64,000 nucleotides of DNA from NCBI RefSeq assembly GCF_018350175.1, contig NC_058368.1:22756001-22820000 (forward strand), in the 5' to 3' direction. The notes beneath the pieces were generated by a model. That model was not told the origin of the DNA. It searched no databases and was given only the letters and a program-made list of their open reading frames with translations. This stretch comes from Felis catus. Lineage: Eukaryota. Each line of letters begins with the position of its first letter. The first letter of the stretch is position 1. The translations under genes and the position numbers were made by a program. Below, in pieces: positions 41,961 to 55,088 of this stretch.

Positions 41961-44900
41961 TAACGCGCAGGGTGGAAGTGGCCGTGAGGGCGATCGCACA
42001 CATAGTTCTCTCTGTGTCCAACCCACACTTTTCCCTGGTTACTGCTTCATACAGAGGGTGACTTGGTGGATCTCAAACCGTCAGACTGTGGAGCGGGTGG
42101 CATTCTTCCGTAACTGCCGTATGTAAGGAATGCGCGTGACTGTTCGGCAGCCACACCTGCCACCCCTGAGATGTCTACGTTAGAAAGAAGATGAAATGCA
42201 CCTAGTAGTAATAAGCCCTGTGGTCTCCATAACCGGGGATTGCCCTCTAGACGGCTTTGGGACAGAACGCTGTGGGACTTCTGGGGCCTTCTGTCCTGAA
42301 GGTAGTGTGGGGCGTTCACTGCACCTCAGGGGTACGGACAGTAAAAAAAACAAAGCCACATAGATCAAACGGGCACAGAGTAACAGACATACTACATTTC
42401 AGTTCACAGCTGTTGGCAATATTGTTAGCTGGTGGCACAGAGAATTAAGGAATTCTGTAAGGAACTAAAGAAACAGCTCAGCCTTCAGATTTTTAAGTTA
42501 AATATTCCTTTTACATGTATAAATCCAGTATCGGTTTTTACCAGATCAGCATTTAATTTTCCTCAGGTAAACAAACATCTGATTTCTGGAGTTTTACAGT
42601 TTTCCTCCCTTTCTTCCACAAATGATTTAGTGCCTATGCCCAGCATGTGCCACAGCTCCTCTCAGTGTCTGTGCAGGAGACAGACCAGGGCCTTGCCCCT
42701 GGGGGCTTGTGTTCAGATGAGGGAGACCAGCCCTAAACAAGCAAATAGGGAAGGCCTCCGTGAGGAAGTACAGGGAGCAGAGAGCAGGGGAAAGCAAGAG
42801 GGAACAGCCGCACAGATACCCGAGGGAAGAGCCTTCTGGGAAACAGTGAGTGCAGAGGTCTGAGACAGGCACAGATTTGTGGAGGAAGAGGAAGAAGGCC
42901 AGGGCAGGTGGAGTGAAGTGAGACTCAGTGCGGTAAGAATTAGGTCAGGCAACGGGATGTGGGCAAGAGCATGACTACCCTTGGGGGCCACGGTGAAGAG
43001 CTTGAGTTTTAATCTTGGTGTGGTAGAAAGCCTTGGAAGGTTTTGAGCATGAGGCTTGTGTTATTTAGGATTTGCTTTAACAACAACATTTTAAAAACTG
43101 TGGTTTAAAGGAGACAGTGCAGGGCATCCCTGCGTGTGGCCCGTGCTCATAGTCCAGGACCGCGTTTGCATTACTGGCAGGATGGAGGAAGGGACGATGA
43201 CGAAGGGGCAAAGGGAAAATCCTAGTGTCTCTTAAGGAAGGGTCCTGGAAGTACTACATGAGAGGCTGGGGGAAGTGGTAGAGGAAGAAAGGGAGAACAG
43301 GTCTGTGTGCTGGTGGGGCTGAGGCACAGCAGCTTCCATGACAGGAGTGATGTGTTTTAAAAGATAGTAATTATGACGGTTCAGGTATAAGATGATGACG
43401 ATACCCTGGATTAGGGTGGTGTAGCGGCAGAGGTGTTGAAAGAGATCCTATTCTGGATGTATTTTAAAAACGGGGCTGATGGCACGTTGGGGTGTGCGGA
43501 AAACAGAAGTAACGACTGCTCTAAGCTGTTTGGCTGAGCCGGTGGGTTCATGGAAGTAGCATTCAAGACGATGAGGAAGATGGAGAGCAACAGGTTTTGC
43601 CCTTGAGTTTGAGAAGGCAAAGGAGTTTTGAGTTGCTTACTAGCCATCTGCACTGGAAGGGCAGGCCTGCCATCTTTCTATACCCACTGCCAGCTACACC
43701 CTGCATCACAAGGGATGTGTGGGCACCCCAGCCTGCATGGCCAAGCTCCACTCACCTAGGCCACCGCTGGGGCTGGGCATCTGCACATTGGTGGCATGGT
43801 CGGGAAGGGAGCAAATGTCCACATAAGTGGCCTCAGGGCCAACTAGGTAGGGAATTCCAGAGTCCCCTGTAACCAAAGTGTGGTCTAGGAGTGGATGCCT
43901 GGCTCTTGGCCACTGTGGTGAGGACTGTGCCTGGAGGAGGTGCAGATCTGGGCTGTTTTGAGCAGGGGCTCAGGGCAGGATCTTTTCTGAGGGCAGCTCA
44001 GGAGAACACATTTATGTGATTCTGCAGTTTGGAGTGTGGACTAGAGATAGGAATTTGGGGTTGCCAAGAACTGACCAAAAACAAATGAGCCATCACAGGT
44101 CTCAAGATTTCAGAAGATTTCAGTATCCTCCACTGGGCCATGGGCCTTGCCGCTGTAATTTTGGTAGTATTGGTCAGGTTACGATGAAAACAAGTTTTCC
44201 CCTGGCCCTCCTACATACGCAAGACGCAGTGGCAGATGGATGCAAAAACGGTTGATGTTTTAAGATTGATGAAATCCCACCTCTTTGTCTCTTAGGCCCC
44301 TGGGAAGCACTTTGCAGGTTAGCTTGATGTAGATGTGATGATTTTCTGGCAGAGGATTCAGCTAACCTTTTGATCAGATGACAACCCAGACTGGATGTAG
44401 AGCTAGTGAGTGTACCTCTCTGAGCGTGGGGCGTGCTGGTCTCGGGATGCTTCATCCTGTTCATGCCAGGGCAGGAGGCCTCGCACAGTGTTTCTAGCCA
44501 AGCCTTGTATCCAGACACAGCTCCTTTCATAAGTATTTTCACAAGTGTTCCTAGCATTCTGTATGCTAATTAACAAATCCCCTGATGGAGATTTAGATAG
44601 CCATATCCTTAACTTATTGTGTTAATCACTCCGTCGTGAATTATGTGAAAGTAGGTGACAGATAATATAATGGGACTCATCAGTATTTACAGGTGGTATT
44701 TTAAACTGAGGGGCAGGGTTGTTTTGAGTGCCCTAAAACATTTGGAAGTTAGGAAGAACGGCCGAGCCAAGAGACTGAAGAGAATTATGGAGAAGAAAAA
44801 CATAAGTAACACAGAGTTTCAAGAAGAGAAGCATCACCAACCACATCAAATTCTGTGTAAATGTTGAGTAGGACAAACCAGACAACAGCCCCTTGGATTT

Positions 44901-45232
44901 GGCTCCATAGAAGCATTCGTGATATCCGGGAGTGGAGGGGATGGGATTCTGCTGGAATGGCTTAGCGGGAGAAGGGGAAGGGAGAAAATGGAGACAGCAA
45001 ACAGAGAGGATGTTCCCCAGGTTTACAGAGAAATGGGGGAGACTGATGGGAGACAGACACGTGTCCGTGTGCTGATGGAAATGACCCAGGAGAATAAGTG
45101 ACAGTGCGGGGTCGGCCTTTACAGGAGAAATATGAAAGCCATTTTCACTGTGTGTCTGCTTTTCCACAGCGGCTTGTTTGTGTATTGTATTTGCTCAGTT
45201 CACACATCAACAATCATTGCTTGAAGGGTTGA

Positions 45233-45475
<243 letters not shown>

Positions 45476-45584
45476 TAGTTCATAAACTAAAACAAGTAAA
45501 CCAACTAAAAGTACCAGAAAAAGTGACCATTTGTATAATGTTAGGGTGGAGCTCCAAGGAAGAAGCCCTAAAGAAAGGCTTGAC

Positions 45585-45812
45585 GGGGCACCTGGGTGGC
45601 TCAGTCAGTTCAATGTCTGACTTCGGCTCAGGTCATAATCTCGTAGTTTGTGAGTTTGAGCCCCGTGTCAAGCTCTGTGCTGACAGCTCAGAGCTCAGAG
45701 CCTGGAGCCTGCTTCGGATTCTGTGTCCCCCTCTCTCTGCTCCTCCCCTGCTCACCTACTGTCTCTCTCTCAAAAGTAAGTAAAGATTTAAAAAAAAAAT
45801 TTTTTTTTAAAG
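45585..45812 (+). mobile_element. CAN-SINE
   Basis: ggggcacctgggtggctcagtc head, CT-rich tract, A tail. Confidence 0.9.
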
Positions 45813-47717
45813 GAAAAGATTGATAGGTCTGATTTCAGAAAGAAAAACATATCTAGACATCAGAAATTACCACCGAGAAAACTAAGAAGTTGATACAGTA
45901 GGGAAAATATTTGCAGCATATGGTGAAGCACATTTACCATAGTTAACATATAGTTCTTAGAAAACAAAAAGAAAATATTAGCAGTTTGATGGAAGTAAAA
46001 TGGACCAAAGAACAAAATGGATTTATGAATAAATGAAAAATATAAATGAAACTAAGGTATAATTTTTCACTTGTGAAACTGGGGAATATATTCTTAGAGA
46101 TAATGCAGGCTCAGAATATTATGTGTTCTCCTGAACAGCTGCTAAGGGTGTGCATTGGGGCGGTCATTGTGGGGGCACTTGGTACCAAATGTATTGAAAG
46201 CTTTAAAGGTGTACTTCTTTAAGGAATCCACTTGTAGGAATTTGTCCTAAGGAAGTACTCATGGATTCAGACAGATTTAGTTTCAAAGGCTAATTGTACT
46301 GCAACACTACTTATAATTTTGAAAAATTAGAAAAAGACAACATGAACAGTAGAGGTTTCTTTAAACTGTAGAATGTTTATACTATGAAACTATGCAGCAA
46401 CTCAAAATACATTAATTGAAAAATGAACATTTTTAAAAGCATCAATTTAAAAAAAATTTTTTTAAAGCAGTTTTTAAAAAGACTGACATTCATTTTCTAC
46501 ATAGAAAAAAAGAGACTGAAAAATATACTCAAAGGTCATCTTTGGTGGAATTATGGATGATTTTTATTTCCTATCTTTGCTTGTTTTTTTCTGAACTTTC
46601 TACAGTGACTGTGTATTGTTTTGACCATAAAGAAAGGAAAGAAAACCTGTCTTAGAGCTAAATCTTTAGGAAGCAGCCCATTCTTCTTGGAGTCGATTTC
46701 CTTTTGTTAGAAGGATATCCTCTCTGGTCAAAAAACAGGAACATTTTAGTGGTGGGCAAAAAAAAGTTTGTAACTTCTTTTCTGCTTATTAAAGAAAATT
46801 TGGAAGATACAAAAAAGTATGAGGAAGGAGATGACTCATCGAACCAGAGAACATTAACATTTTCATACAGCTGTTTCTGTTTTTTTCCTGTTACATGATG
46901 TATATTTCTCTAAACACTAGATTTTTTTTTCCCTTAACATTTAAAAAAAATCTTACCCACCTTGAAACATTGATATTAAAAGCATAGTGAATGTCTTTCA
47001 TTAACATAATAATATATTGGGCACTTACAACATGCAGAACACTTCATGGCTAGGCCAAACTCTTCGCTAGTTTGCGCAAGTCATGGTGGTAATACTGGAG
47101 GCTGGCGCCTAATCTCCAGTGATGAGGCCGTGGGCACACAGTGTTTCTGCCAGGACTAGGCTTCATTTTCAAGACTTTTTCAGATTCCATATTTATGTCA
47201 ATTATTTGTATGGTTACTTTCCAGCCTTCTGTTTCCTAGAAAGTAAGCTCCTTGAGGAAAGGCAGGGGCTTTGTTTTGCTCACAATCATAGACCTAATGC
47301 CTTAGGGTAGTACCTAACATATAGTAGAAACTCTTTTCATCTAGAAACATTTCAGCTCCTAGGGGAATATAAAAGGGGAGTATTTTAACAAATACTGACA
47401 GTGGAATGAACAATACAAATACTGTCACTAGAGAAAGGTACGTAGTGCCTATTTCTGAGAATAAAAAATCTGATTCTTTGCACTGGCTGGTATGGAGGAA
47501 CTTGAATATTTTACTCTGTTATTTAAATGTTTACAAACATAGATTCACATTAGCTGTACAGTTTTATAACTATTCTTTAGGTATTGCTGTACCAACAGTT
47601 CTTCCTATTGGCTTTCAAATGCTTGTCCCTTCCTATGTGTCTTGGGAATTTTCATGCTGTGTTGCATTGCATTGGGATATACAAATTTATTAAAGCATTT
47701 TTTGTTTTTGTTCCTAG

Positions 47718-47858
<141 letters not shown>

Positions 47859-48980
47859 TCCTCATCTGCAAGAAAGAATTTTTGGTATTTCCATTTTCCC
47901 TGCAAAAGCCGGAGAATGACTTTTCCTTAATTGGCTGAATACTTACGTTCTGTCAAAAGAAGGTGGTTGGTGGTCAGTCTGCCCTGTGCTGAAGTCTGAA
48001 GTTTACTGTACAAGGCATTCCGTGCTCTGATCAGATGTGACTAAGGTCAAGGGAAAAGAAATTAAAATGTCTTATTTACCATTTCCTCTTTCACGTCCCT
48101 TAAGTTGGACATTTTTGGTACATTGGTCTAAGTATATGCTATCCTGGCCAAATTTCTGTTCTTAACAGGCTGATATCACATAGAGAGCTGGACAGTACAT
48201 TGTCAGCATCCAGAACGGTGCCTTGCATACATAGGCACTCAATTCATTTATTACAAATCTTACGTATGCCCTGAAAATAGCTTTATTTGTGGAATACTGG
48301 ATGAAGGTATAACAAATTGCACAAAAACAAATTTGAGACAGCCCATCACTATTGAGGTTCATATTCTTCTGGTACCTGGTTCTAAGTAATAGTGGCTAAC
48401 TTAGAGCATTAATTAGAATTCACCAACAGCCTTGACAATTTAATTGTCAAAGTCCCAAGGGCTAATTTTAATTTTCTATTTACTCTGAGTCATTAATTTC
48501 TCATACGGGATTACTGAATATCAAGTACTGTCTTTGAATGAATGTTATTTCTGGGCTCATCTGCCTTACATAATTGCATAATGTCTTTTCTTTTTGTGTT
48601 GAGAGATTTGCCTGTGTATGTAAAAATGATTATGTGTTTTTCTTGTAGTGGAGTTTTACGTCGCTGTAAAACAGTTCTCTTAACCTGGCACAGAATAATT
48701 ATAAAGTACTACCTGAAAAGGAACTCATACTTACATTTCATGGAGAGCATTAAGAAGAATGAGATAAATTTATACTTTTTCGGTCAAAACAAGTTACCCA
48801 ACTGCAAAAGAAAAACTGGAACGGGATGTAGGATGTAGTGTCAGATTCCTCTAACATGGGTTTCACAATATGGTATGTATTTCACAATATGATATTATGT
48901 AAAGAAAACTCTTTTGGAATTAGAAACCTTGTTCTGATGCTGAACGATTTGATAATAAAGTGCTTATTTGTAGATAATAG
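47859..48980 (+). other. RCBTB2: RCBTB2 3'UTR (end approximate)
   Basis: Repeat-free AT-rich sequence between the stop codon and the AATAAA. Confidence 0.75.
48954..48959 (+). terminator. RCBTB2: RCBTB2 polyadenylation signal AATAAA
   Basis: AATAAA followed about 27 nt later by GU/U-rich ttgtgttttttt. Confidence 0.8.
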
Positions 48981-51494
48981 AACAATTGTGTTTTTTTAAT
49001 CCCTAATAAGCAGCAAAATTATATCAACTTTATATCTCTTACATTTATACAAACCCATTTGATTAAGCTTATTTTTGGAAGTAGTTACTCAGATAACCTA
49101 TCATAGCAAAGCCCACCCTAAAACATAAATGGCATATAAACAACATAATTACTGTTCATATTATTGCCTCTGACTACTCTTTATTGGTGAGGTCACCTTT
49201 TAATCCTTAGTTTCTCTTGGCTTCTCTGTTTTTGCAGACCTTATCTGGTAGAGGCAAAGTGGCCTTGACCTCTAGTTCTTAATCAGAATCCTGTTTTGGG
49301 AATTATATAGTCTTATTCAGTTGTTATTTGAAGTTAGCCATATATACCATTTGTTTTCATTGTTTGTTAGATTTGCTGTTTTATCTATCAAAGAAACATT
49401 CACACCTGGTTATTATCCACAGCTGTCAGTTTAGGCATTTAGACAACCGCAGCCTGCATTGCTGACTTCTCCTCCTCACCTTCCAATGCTAGCTGGAACG
49501 GACCAATGCCTTTACATCTTCACAAGGTCTTCCGAAACCTTCTCTTCCTTTCTTGCCTATTTCTGACAGGGTCTTCTTATATGAAGGGTCTTCTTTCTTA
49601 TATGAAGTCATTTCATGTAAAAACTGGAACACTCAAAGGGAACAGATGAGTTTACTGAGGTATGAAAAAATGGCCTGCCTTTTACCAAACTCCACAATGG
49701 GTCAGTAGCCCATGCTGCCACGGTACAAGTTATTAAGAAGGGCTGCATGGATTTTTACCCAGATTTTCTAAGCTCTGTTATGTGTAGGTTTGTGCTGCTA
49801 TATCTCTCAGTTCTTATCTCTTTGTACAACAGAACAATCTATGGAACTTTTACCAAACAAAGATTCTAATTCAGTATATTTGAAGTTTCCCAAGTAATCC
49901 TGATATTGAGCCAAGTATGAGAATCACCGTTTAACCCTTAAAATCTGGGACTCCAAACAAGAAGGGGCTCATAGACCAGTTTGAGAGATGACGGATGAGT
50001 CCCATGGATACATCTCTGAAAAAAACAGAGCTTTCTCTCTCATCCTGGAGGATAGGCTTGCCATCAACACTCCTATACAGAGGATAACACTTTCTTTCCT
50101 TTATTTCTAACAGATGAGTGTAGAGCCCCAGAAACCTTGCTGTTCAGTTAGGGATATGTGAGGGAAAAGGGACATTTTTTATAACGACACTACATCATAA
50201 ATTAATGGATCCTTCGTTTTACAGAAGTTAATCTTAGATTTTCTTTCCCTATGTTCTGTTTCCTCTCTGCTCACACAAGAAGTTCAATGAGTTAGTGCTT
50301 CCAGCATAATTCCAATACACCTTACACAGAGAAAGGTTAAGATTTTACAAGAATATGGTCATTTGCGAATAGAGGTTTGTGAAGATACCATTTAAAGCTT
50401 TTTAAAAGTAAAGGTTAATGTACTAACCTGAGTCATTTTTCAGCTGAGACCTGAAAAATTGCCAGTCATTATGGACCAGACTTGATTTTTATTTAGAGGC
50501 AGGATTCCTGACCAGTGATAATGAAAAGCAAACAACAAAAACTATATAGTCTTGTCTGTTTTTTGGTCTATCTTATTAGCCTTCCCCATGCTATTATTAC
50601 AACAGACGGGCTGGGAAAACTGTAAAGAAAAATGATAAATCATACCTGTTACTTTCAATTCAGTCTTTGTCAAAGCATAAAAACGTAAACCATACTGATT
50701 TTCTTTCACTAAATGCAGTTAAAATCATGATGTTTTCTATTGAGGAAGTAAGTGATGTTAGTCTGTGGAATAAACGTAACTTTCATATTAAATTGTCATT
50801 ATTTTATATTTCAATGCTAGTATATAAGCATACTCCCAAAATAACAGACACAAAAAAAGATTTATGAGAATATCCAGGTTCATACTAAAAGAGATTGTTT
50901 TAAATCCCAATCAGACACTATCAGCATTACCAAGATATATTTCTATGTAAGACACTATACTTGTGGTAGAAATATGCTATTTCTAAAGGTAAGGTTTCCT
51001 GTTGTCCCATAAAATACATATTTAGTCCAAAGGAAAATTCTACTGAATGAATTGTTACCAATACCATGTACACTGTCACAAAAATGAAAAACAAAAATAT
51101 GCTTTGAGAGGCAAGTTTCTATGAAATCATCCAGATGGTACTAGAACTATAACATATAGGTTCTTCCTCCCCACTGTTTGCACCAAGAAACTGTAATGAG
51201 AAATAAATCAGTAAATGAATTTGAATTTGTCCTTTTTATTCTAAAGAGTTTTTATTATTAGAAAGCTAGATCCCTGGAAGTGATCAATTTTCTACCATCC
51301 AGACTAAAAACTTTTAGCATCCTAAAGGATGCTTTTTGCTTTGACCTAAGAGATGCATTTCATGTAAGATCCCAAAATAAATACAGTCCATTGAGGTGTG
51401 ATTGCCTTTCTTCCTTCAGGAACAAACATGTTGCTGTTCTAGAAGGAGAGAATTCCACTTTCCACCCTGTTTTTGAGAAATCATATTACTGAAA

Positions 51495-51805
51495 TTCAAG
51501 ATAATCCCTTATCTGAAACCCTTGGTATGAGATACATGTCCCGCTTTTGGAGTTTAGTACCTATACCACCTAATATGTAATACCTGAGTAGGGCCTAGGT
51601 TAGATTCCCAAAATCAACGTATTAATATTTTTTTGTAGTGAAACAAGAGTATTCCTACTAAGTAGGATAAAAGGCTGTAAATAGCTCTATGCCAGTTTAG
51701 ACACGTTTGACGTCACATGACTTTTGCCACCAAACAAACGCACAGACCGCTTGGGTTTTTAAGCCTTTTGGATCTCAGAATTGCAGGAAAAGACTGTGGA
51801 CCTGT
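51495..51805. mobile_element. Probable Tigger/MER2-group DNA transposon remnant
   Basis: 'ataatcccttatctgaaaccctt' start and '...gactgtggacctg' end resemble Tigger-derived MER elements; family not certain. Confidence 0.4.
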
Positions 51806-51899
51806 GAGACACAAATAGGATGTTTGGGAGGAAAGGCCTTTAACATACACTTTGCATTAGATGACGAGAGATTCTTGCTTTTACTCCTCTTACGATTGT

Positions 51900-53150
51900 C
51901 CGTTTTTCTATGACGCCTTATTGTTCATCAAACACACAGGCGTGTTCCCATCTCGGCGCACTGGCTTTTCCACTGGGTGTCTTCCCATCGTTGCATGACT
52001 TACTCCCTCACCTCCTGGCAGGCTTTGCTCAAATACCACCTCAGTGAGTTTTTCCCTGGCCACCTATTTCCCTAGCACTCCCTGCTATGTTTTTCTGCAC
52101 AATGTATTTCTTGTATATTCACTTCCTCTCTTTCCCTGAAACTACAATTAGAAGGTAAACTCCACAGAGATGGGGATCTTAGCTTTATTTACCCATTGCT
52201 GTATCTCTTGTATTTAGAACTGTGCCTGGAATATGGTGGGTACTGAGTACATGACCTATTAAAAGAGGAAGGGAATATTGTTTCCATATACTTGGAAAAA
52301 TATGCAAATATACATTCTCTTTTTCTTTTTTGACCACGTATGAGTTTCTTTTAGGTGCTAGAGCTATAAGAGCAGCCAGGCTGATGCTTCCCATTTGCAG
52401 AGGGAGTTTGATGCAGGAATGAGTACACAGGCAATAGGTAGGTCAAACAAGACGATTTCCAATGGTGATAAACGTTGTTACACTCTTGGAGGACAGTAAC
52501 ACAATACAGAGTAAGGATTTTTAGCTTGTGTGGTCGAGGGAAGGCCTGTGAGCTGAGCCATGAAAGACAGGAAGGAATCACCTGTGCAAAATTCTGGGGG
52601 AAGAGCACTCCAGGCAGAAGGAACAGCAAATAGAAGAGCCAGGGTTGGTATTAGGAGAGAAAAGGTCAGTGTGGCTGAAGCACAAGGAGCAGGAGAAAGT
52701 AGCAGAGGAGGAGGAAGAGCAAGTGAATGGGGCCATGCCACAGGCTGTGACAAGGACTGTCAATACTTGAATAACAATGTAAATGAATTTCTATTTTAAA
52801 GGGATCAATTTTGCTCTTTATAAAGGATAGAAAGGGAACAAGGAGACCAGTTAGAAGTTTAAAACCATGGTCTCGACAAAAGTTGATAAATGACTCTTAA
52901 GATTTTGACTTGACCAAGTAAGTGGTTAGTAAAATGGGGAAAGACCGAGGTAGAAACAAGGTATCTTGATTTAATTTTGGTTTATGTTTTGAGAATTCGG
53001 GGAGGGGGTGGGGGAGTCCCACTGCCTGAGGGCTTGGACCTCCACAAAGAGGTCGCACTGGATAAATAAATTTGGGAATCATCAGCATAGGAAGCCAATG
53101 GAAGGTTAACAATGGACAAGGCACTAGGAGAGAAGCCAGACAGACAAGAG
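51900..53150. mobile_element. L2 fragments in both orientations in the intergenic gap
   Basis: 'tgctgtatctcttgtatttagaactgtgcctggaatatggtgggtactgagtacat' and 'gaagagcactccaggcagaaggaacagcaa' motifs. Confidence 0.55.
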
Positions 53151-53189
53151 AACTTTAGTGCACTTGATACAAAGAACACATCAGACCAT

Positions 53190-55014
53190 GAGGACTCTTA
53201 ACAACTAATTTATTTTAAAATAAACTATTAATTGTAGAAAATAGTAACAAAGCAATTTTAAATGTACAGTTTTAACCAATACAAAAAAGCAATAAAGCAA
53301 TACCTGAAGCCTTATGTAAGTAATCTCAATATATGATCTCTGAAGTTCCTAAAACTCTGGCACTAACTCTAACGTAAACCTTTATTAGCTAAAGACCCAG
53401 AAATATGGTAGCCCTTGACCTAAAAGCTAACTGATTTGTATGATGTTCATGCAGAAACTAATGAGGAAATGGGAGAAAGCTTTCTAGTGCCTTTGTTATC
53501 AAGATAACAAGTTTGAAACTTAACCGAGCACAAAATAAAATGTCATTTTCTAACAAATAGGACCAGAATTCTTTTTAAAAAGAATTCTGGGTAGACAAAG
53601 TGATTTTTCCTAAAAGCTAGCTGATGCTACCTTAAATATCACCTAATTTAAATTATACCATCTCTAAATAAGTTAATCACACAAGATAGTTTAAATACAC
53701 CTTTAGGTGCTGGGGGGGGGGGAGCGCCTCTTTTTCTAATGTAGCTGTTTTAAGTTGAAGCTTGTGCACAAAATCAGATAGAAACATGAATGCCTAACCC
53801 AAAGACCTTTGATTACTTGCAATTTTGGAGTAGAAATGATGTGGCTTTGAATATGCCAGTGTTAGACCATACTGACTTAAAAAAAAAAAAGATAAATAGA
53901 CAATTGCCAGCTCAAAAGATACATGGAAGACATGTACAATTCCCGAGAAAACACACCCCTTCCCAAGTTTAGGAGGGCAGAATAATTGCTGAGATGCAAT
54001 TAAACAAACCTCTAAGAAAGAAAAATTAAGGCTCCTATAGTTAACAGTCTGTGGAGTAAAATTATTTTAGGTCTTGATTCTTCGGACCCAGAAACATTAG
54101 AAAGTGCACTTGGGATATCCTGTCTTAGGGCCCTCTATGGCAAAGCTCTAGCTGAACACTTTATTTTCCAAGTACTAGATGGGTACTTCCTGAATTTGGG
54201 GTTCTGAATGGTTTATAAAAACCAAGAGTACTATTAATAACCCTCACTTTAAAGCAGGAGTTGGATGGAGAAAAGGATCAATAAATTCTTACAAGTCCTG
54301 AGGTATGAAATCTGTATCAGTAGTATGACAACATCATTTGTTTATACTCTGCTTTCTGCTTGTATTTTAAAACTAAAATTTATAAAACAAGCACACAGTA
54401 CATCAAATTCCATTAGTAAACTAAAATCTAATGTGTAAAAATTAGTAATTTTTTTTTCTAGTTTCTAATATCTGTTTTAGCAGAAGAGTTCAGGATCACT
54501 TGGGTGAGGGGGAAGTAGTCAGCCAAATTGCATTTGGAAGACAGGACACATATTCTAAGGGCGTTCATGTTAAATTAAAAAATATATAAATATAAATTAA
54601 TAAAATAATAGCAAACATCACATATATGCCACAAGAAAAGACAAAGTACTCAAATAGGCCTGGGTTGCTGGGATGCCCCTCCCAGGGCATCCTCGCCGTT
54701 TGTAGAGCACAGCAATTATATTTTGGAAATGAAAACATCTGCTACAACTTTCTAAATGGCAGTATTTACACAAGATTTTCAATCTTGTGCAATAACAATG
54801 TATATTCTACTGACTACGACGTTGCAAGTGGCTTAGAAATCCCCTGCACGCACAGGCAAGCCCATCTGCCCACTCGAGATCCAATATCCGTAAAAAGAGC
54901 TGAAGATCATATCCAATGTGGCCGTAAACAGAACCTGGGAGAGTCACACAGTCTGCTCTGTGAGAGACAATGAGGCCACAGGTGTATACGGTGCCCAGTG
55001 AGGTCATGGGATCC
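53190..55014 (-). other. RB1: RB1 3'UTR (~1.8 kb)
   Basis: Between the stop codon and polyA signal; repeat-free; contains seed matches to miR-192/215, miR-132/212 and the miR-17 family. Confidence 0.85.
53209..53214 (-). terminator. RB1: RB1 polyadenylation signal AATAAA
   Basis: Minus strand reads aaAATAAAttagttgttaagagtcc, matching the RB1 mRNA end as I recall it; GT-rich sequence downstream. Confidence 0.85.
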
Positions 55015-55088
55015 TCATTTTTCTTCCCTGTTTGAGGTATCCATGCTATCGTTCATTTTTTGCTTCTGCATTCGTGTTCGGGTAGATG
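55015..55088 (-). CDS. RB1: RB1 exon 27 coding part: (T)STRTRMQKQKMNDSMDTSNREEK*
   Basis: Acceptor cctttttccag|, TGA stop; matches the pRb C-terminus. Confidence 0.96.

Noticed and set aside
42432..45167. Longer intronic ORFs (143, 127, 144 aa)
   Set aside because: No recognisable domain; they overlap L2-like remnants and are the length expected by chance in GC-richer sequence.
48860..49610. Short local duplications (tttcacaatatg x2; tcttatatgaag x2), similar ones at 10420 and 34838
   Set aside because: Simple slippage duplications; no repeat-spacer array, not CRISPR-like.
54626..54973. 115-aa ORF antisense to the RB1 3'UTR
   Set aside because: No homology I can recognise and no splice or promoter support.
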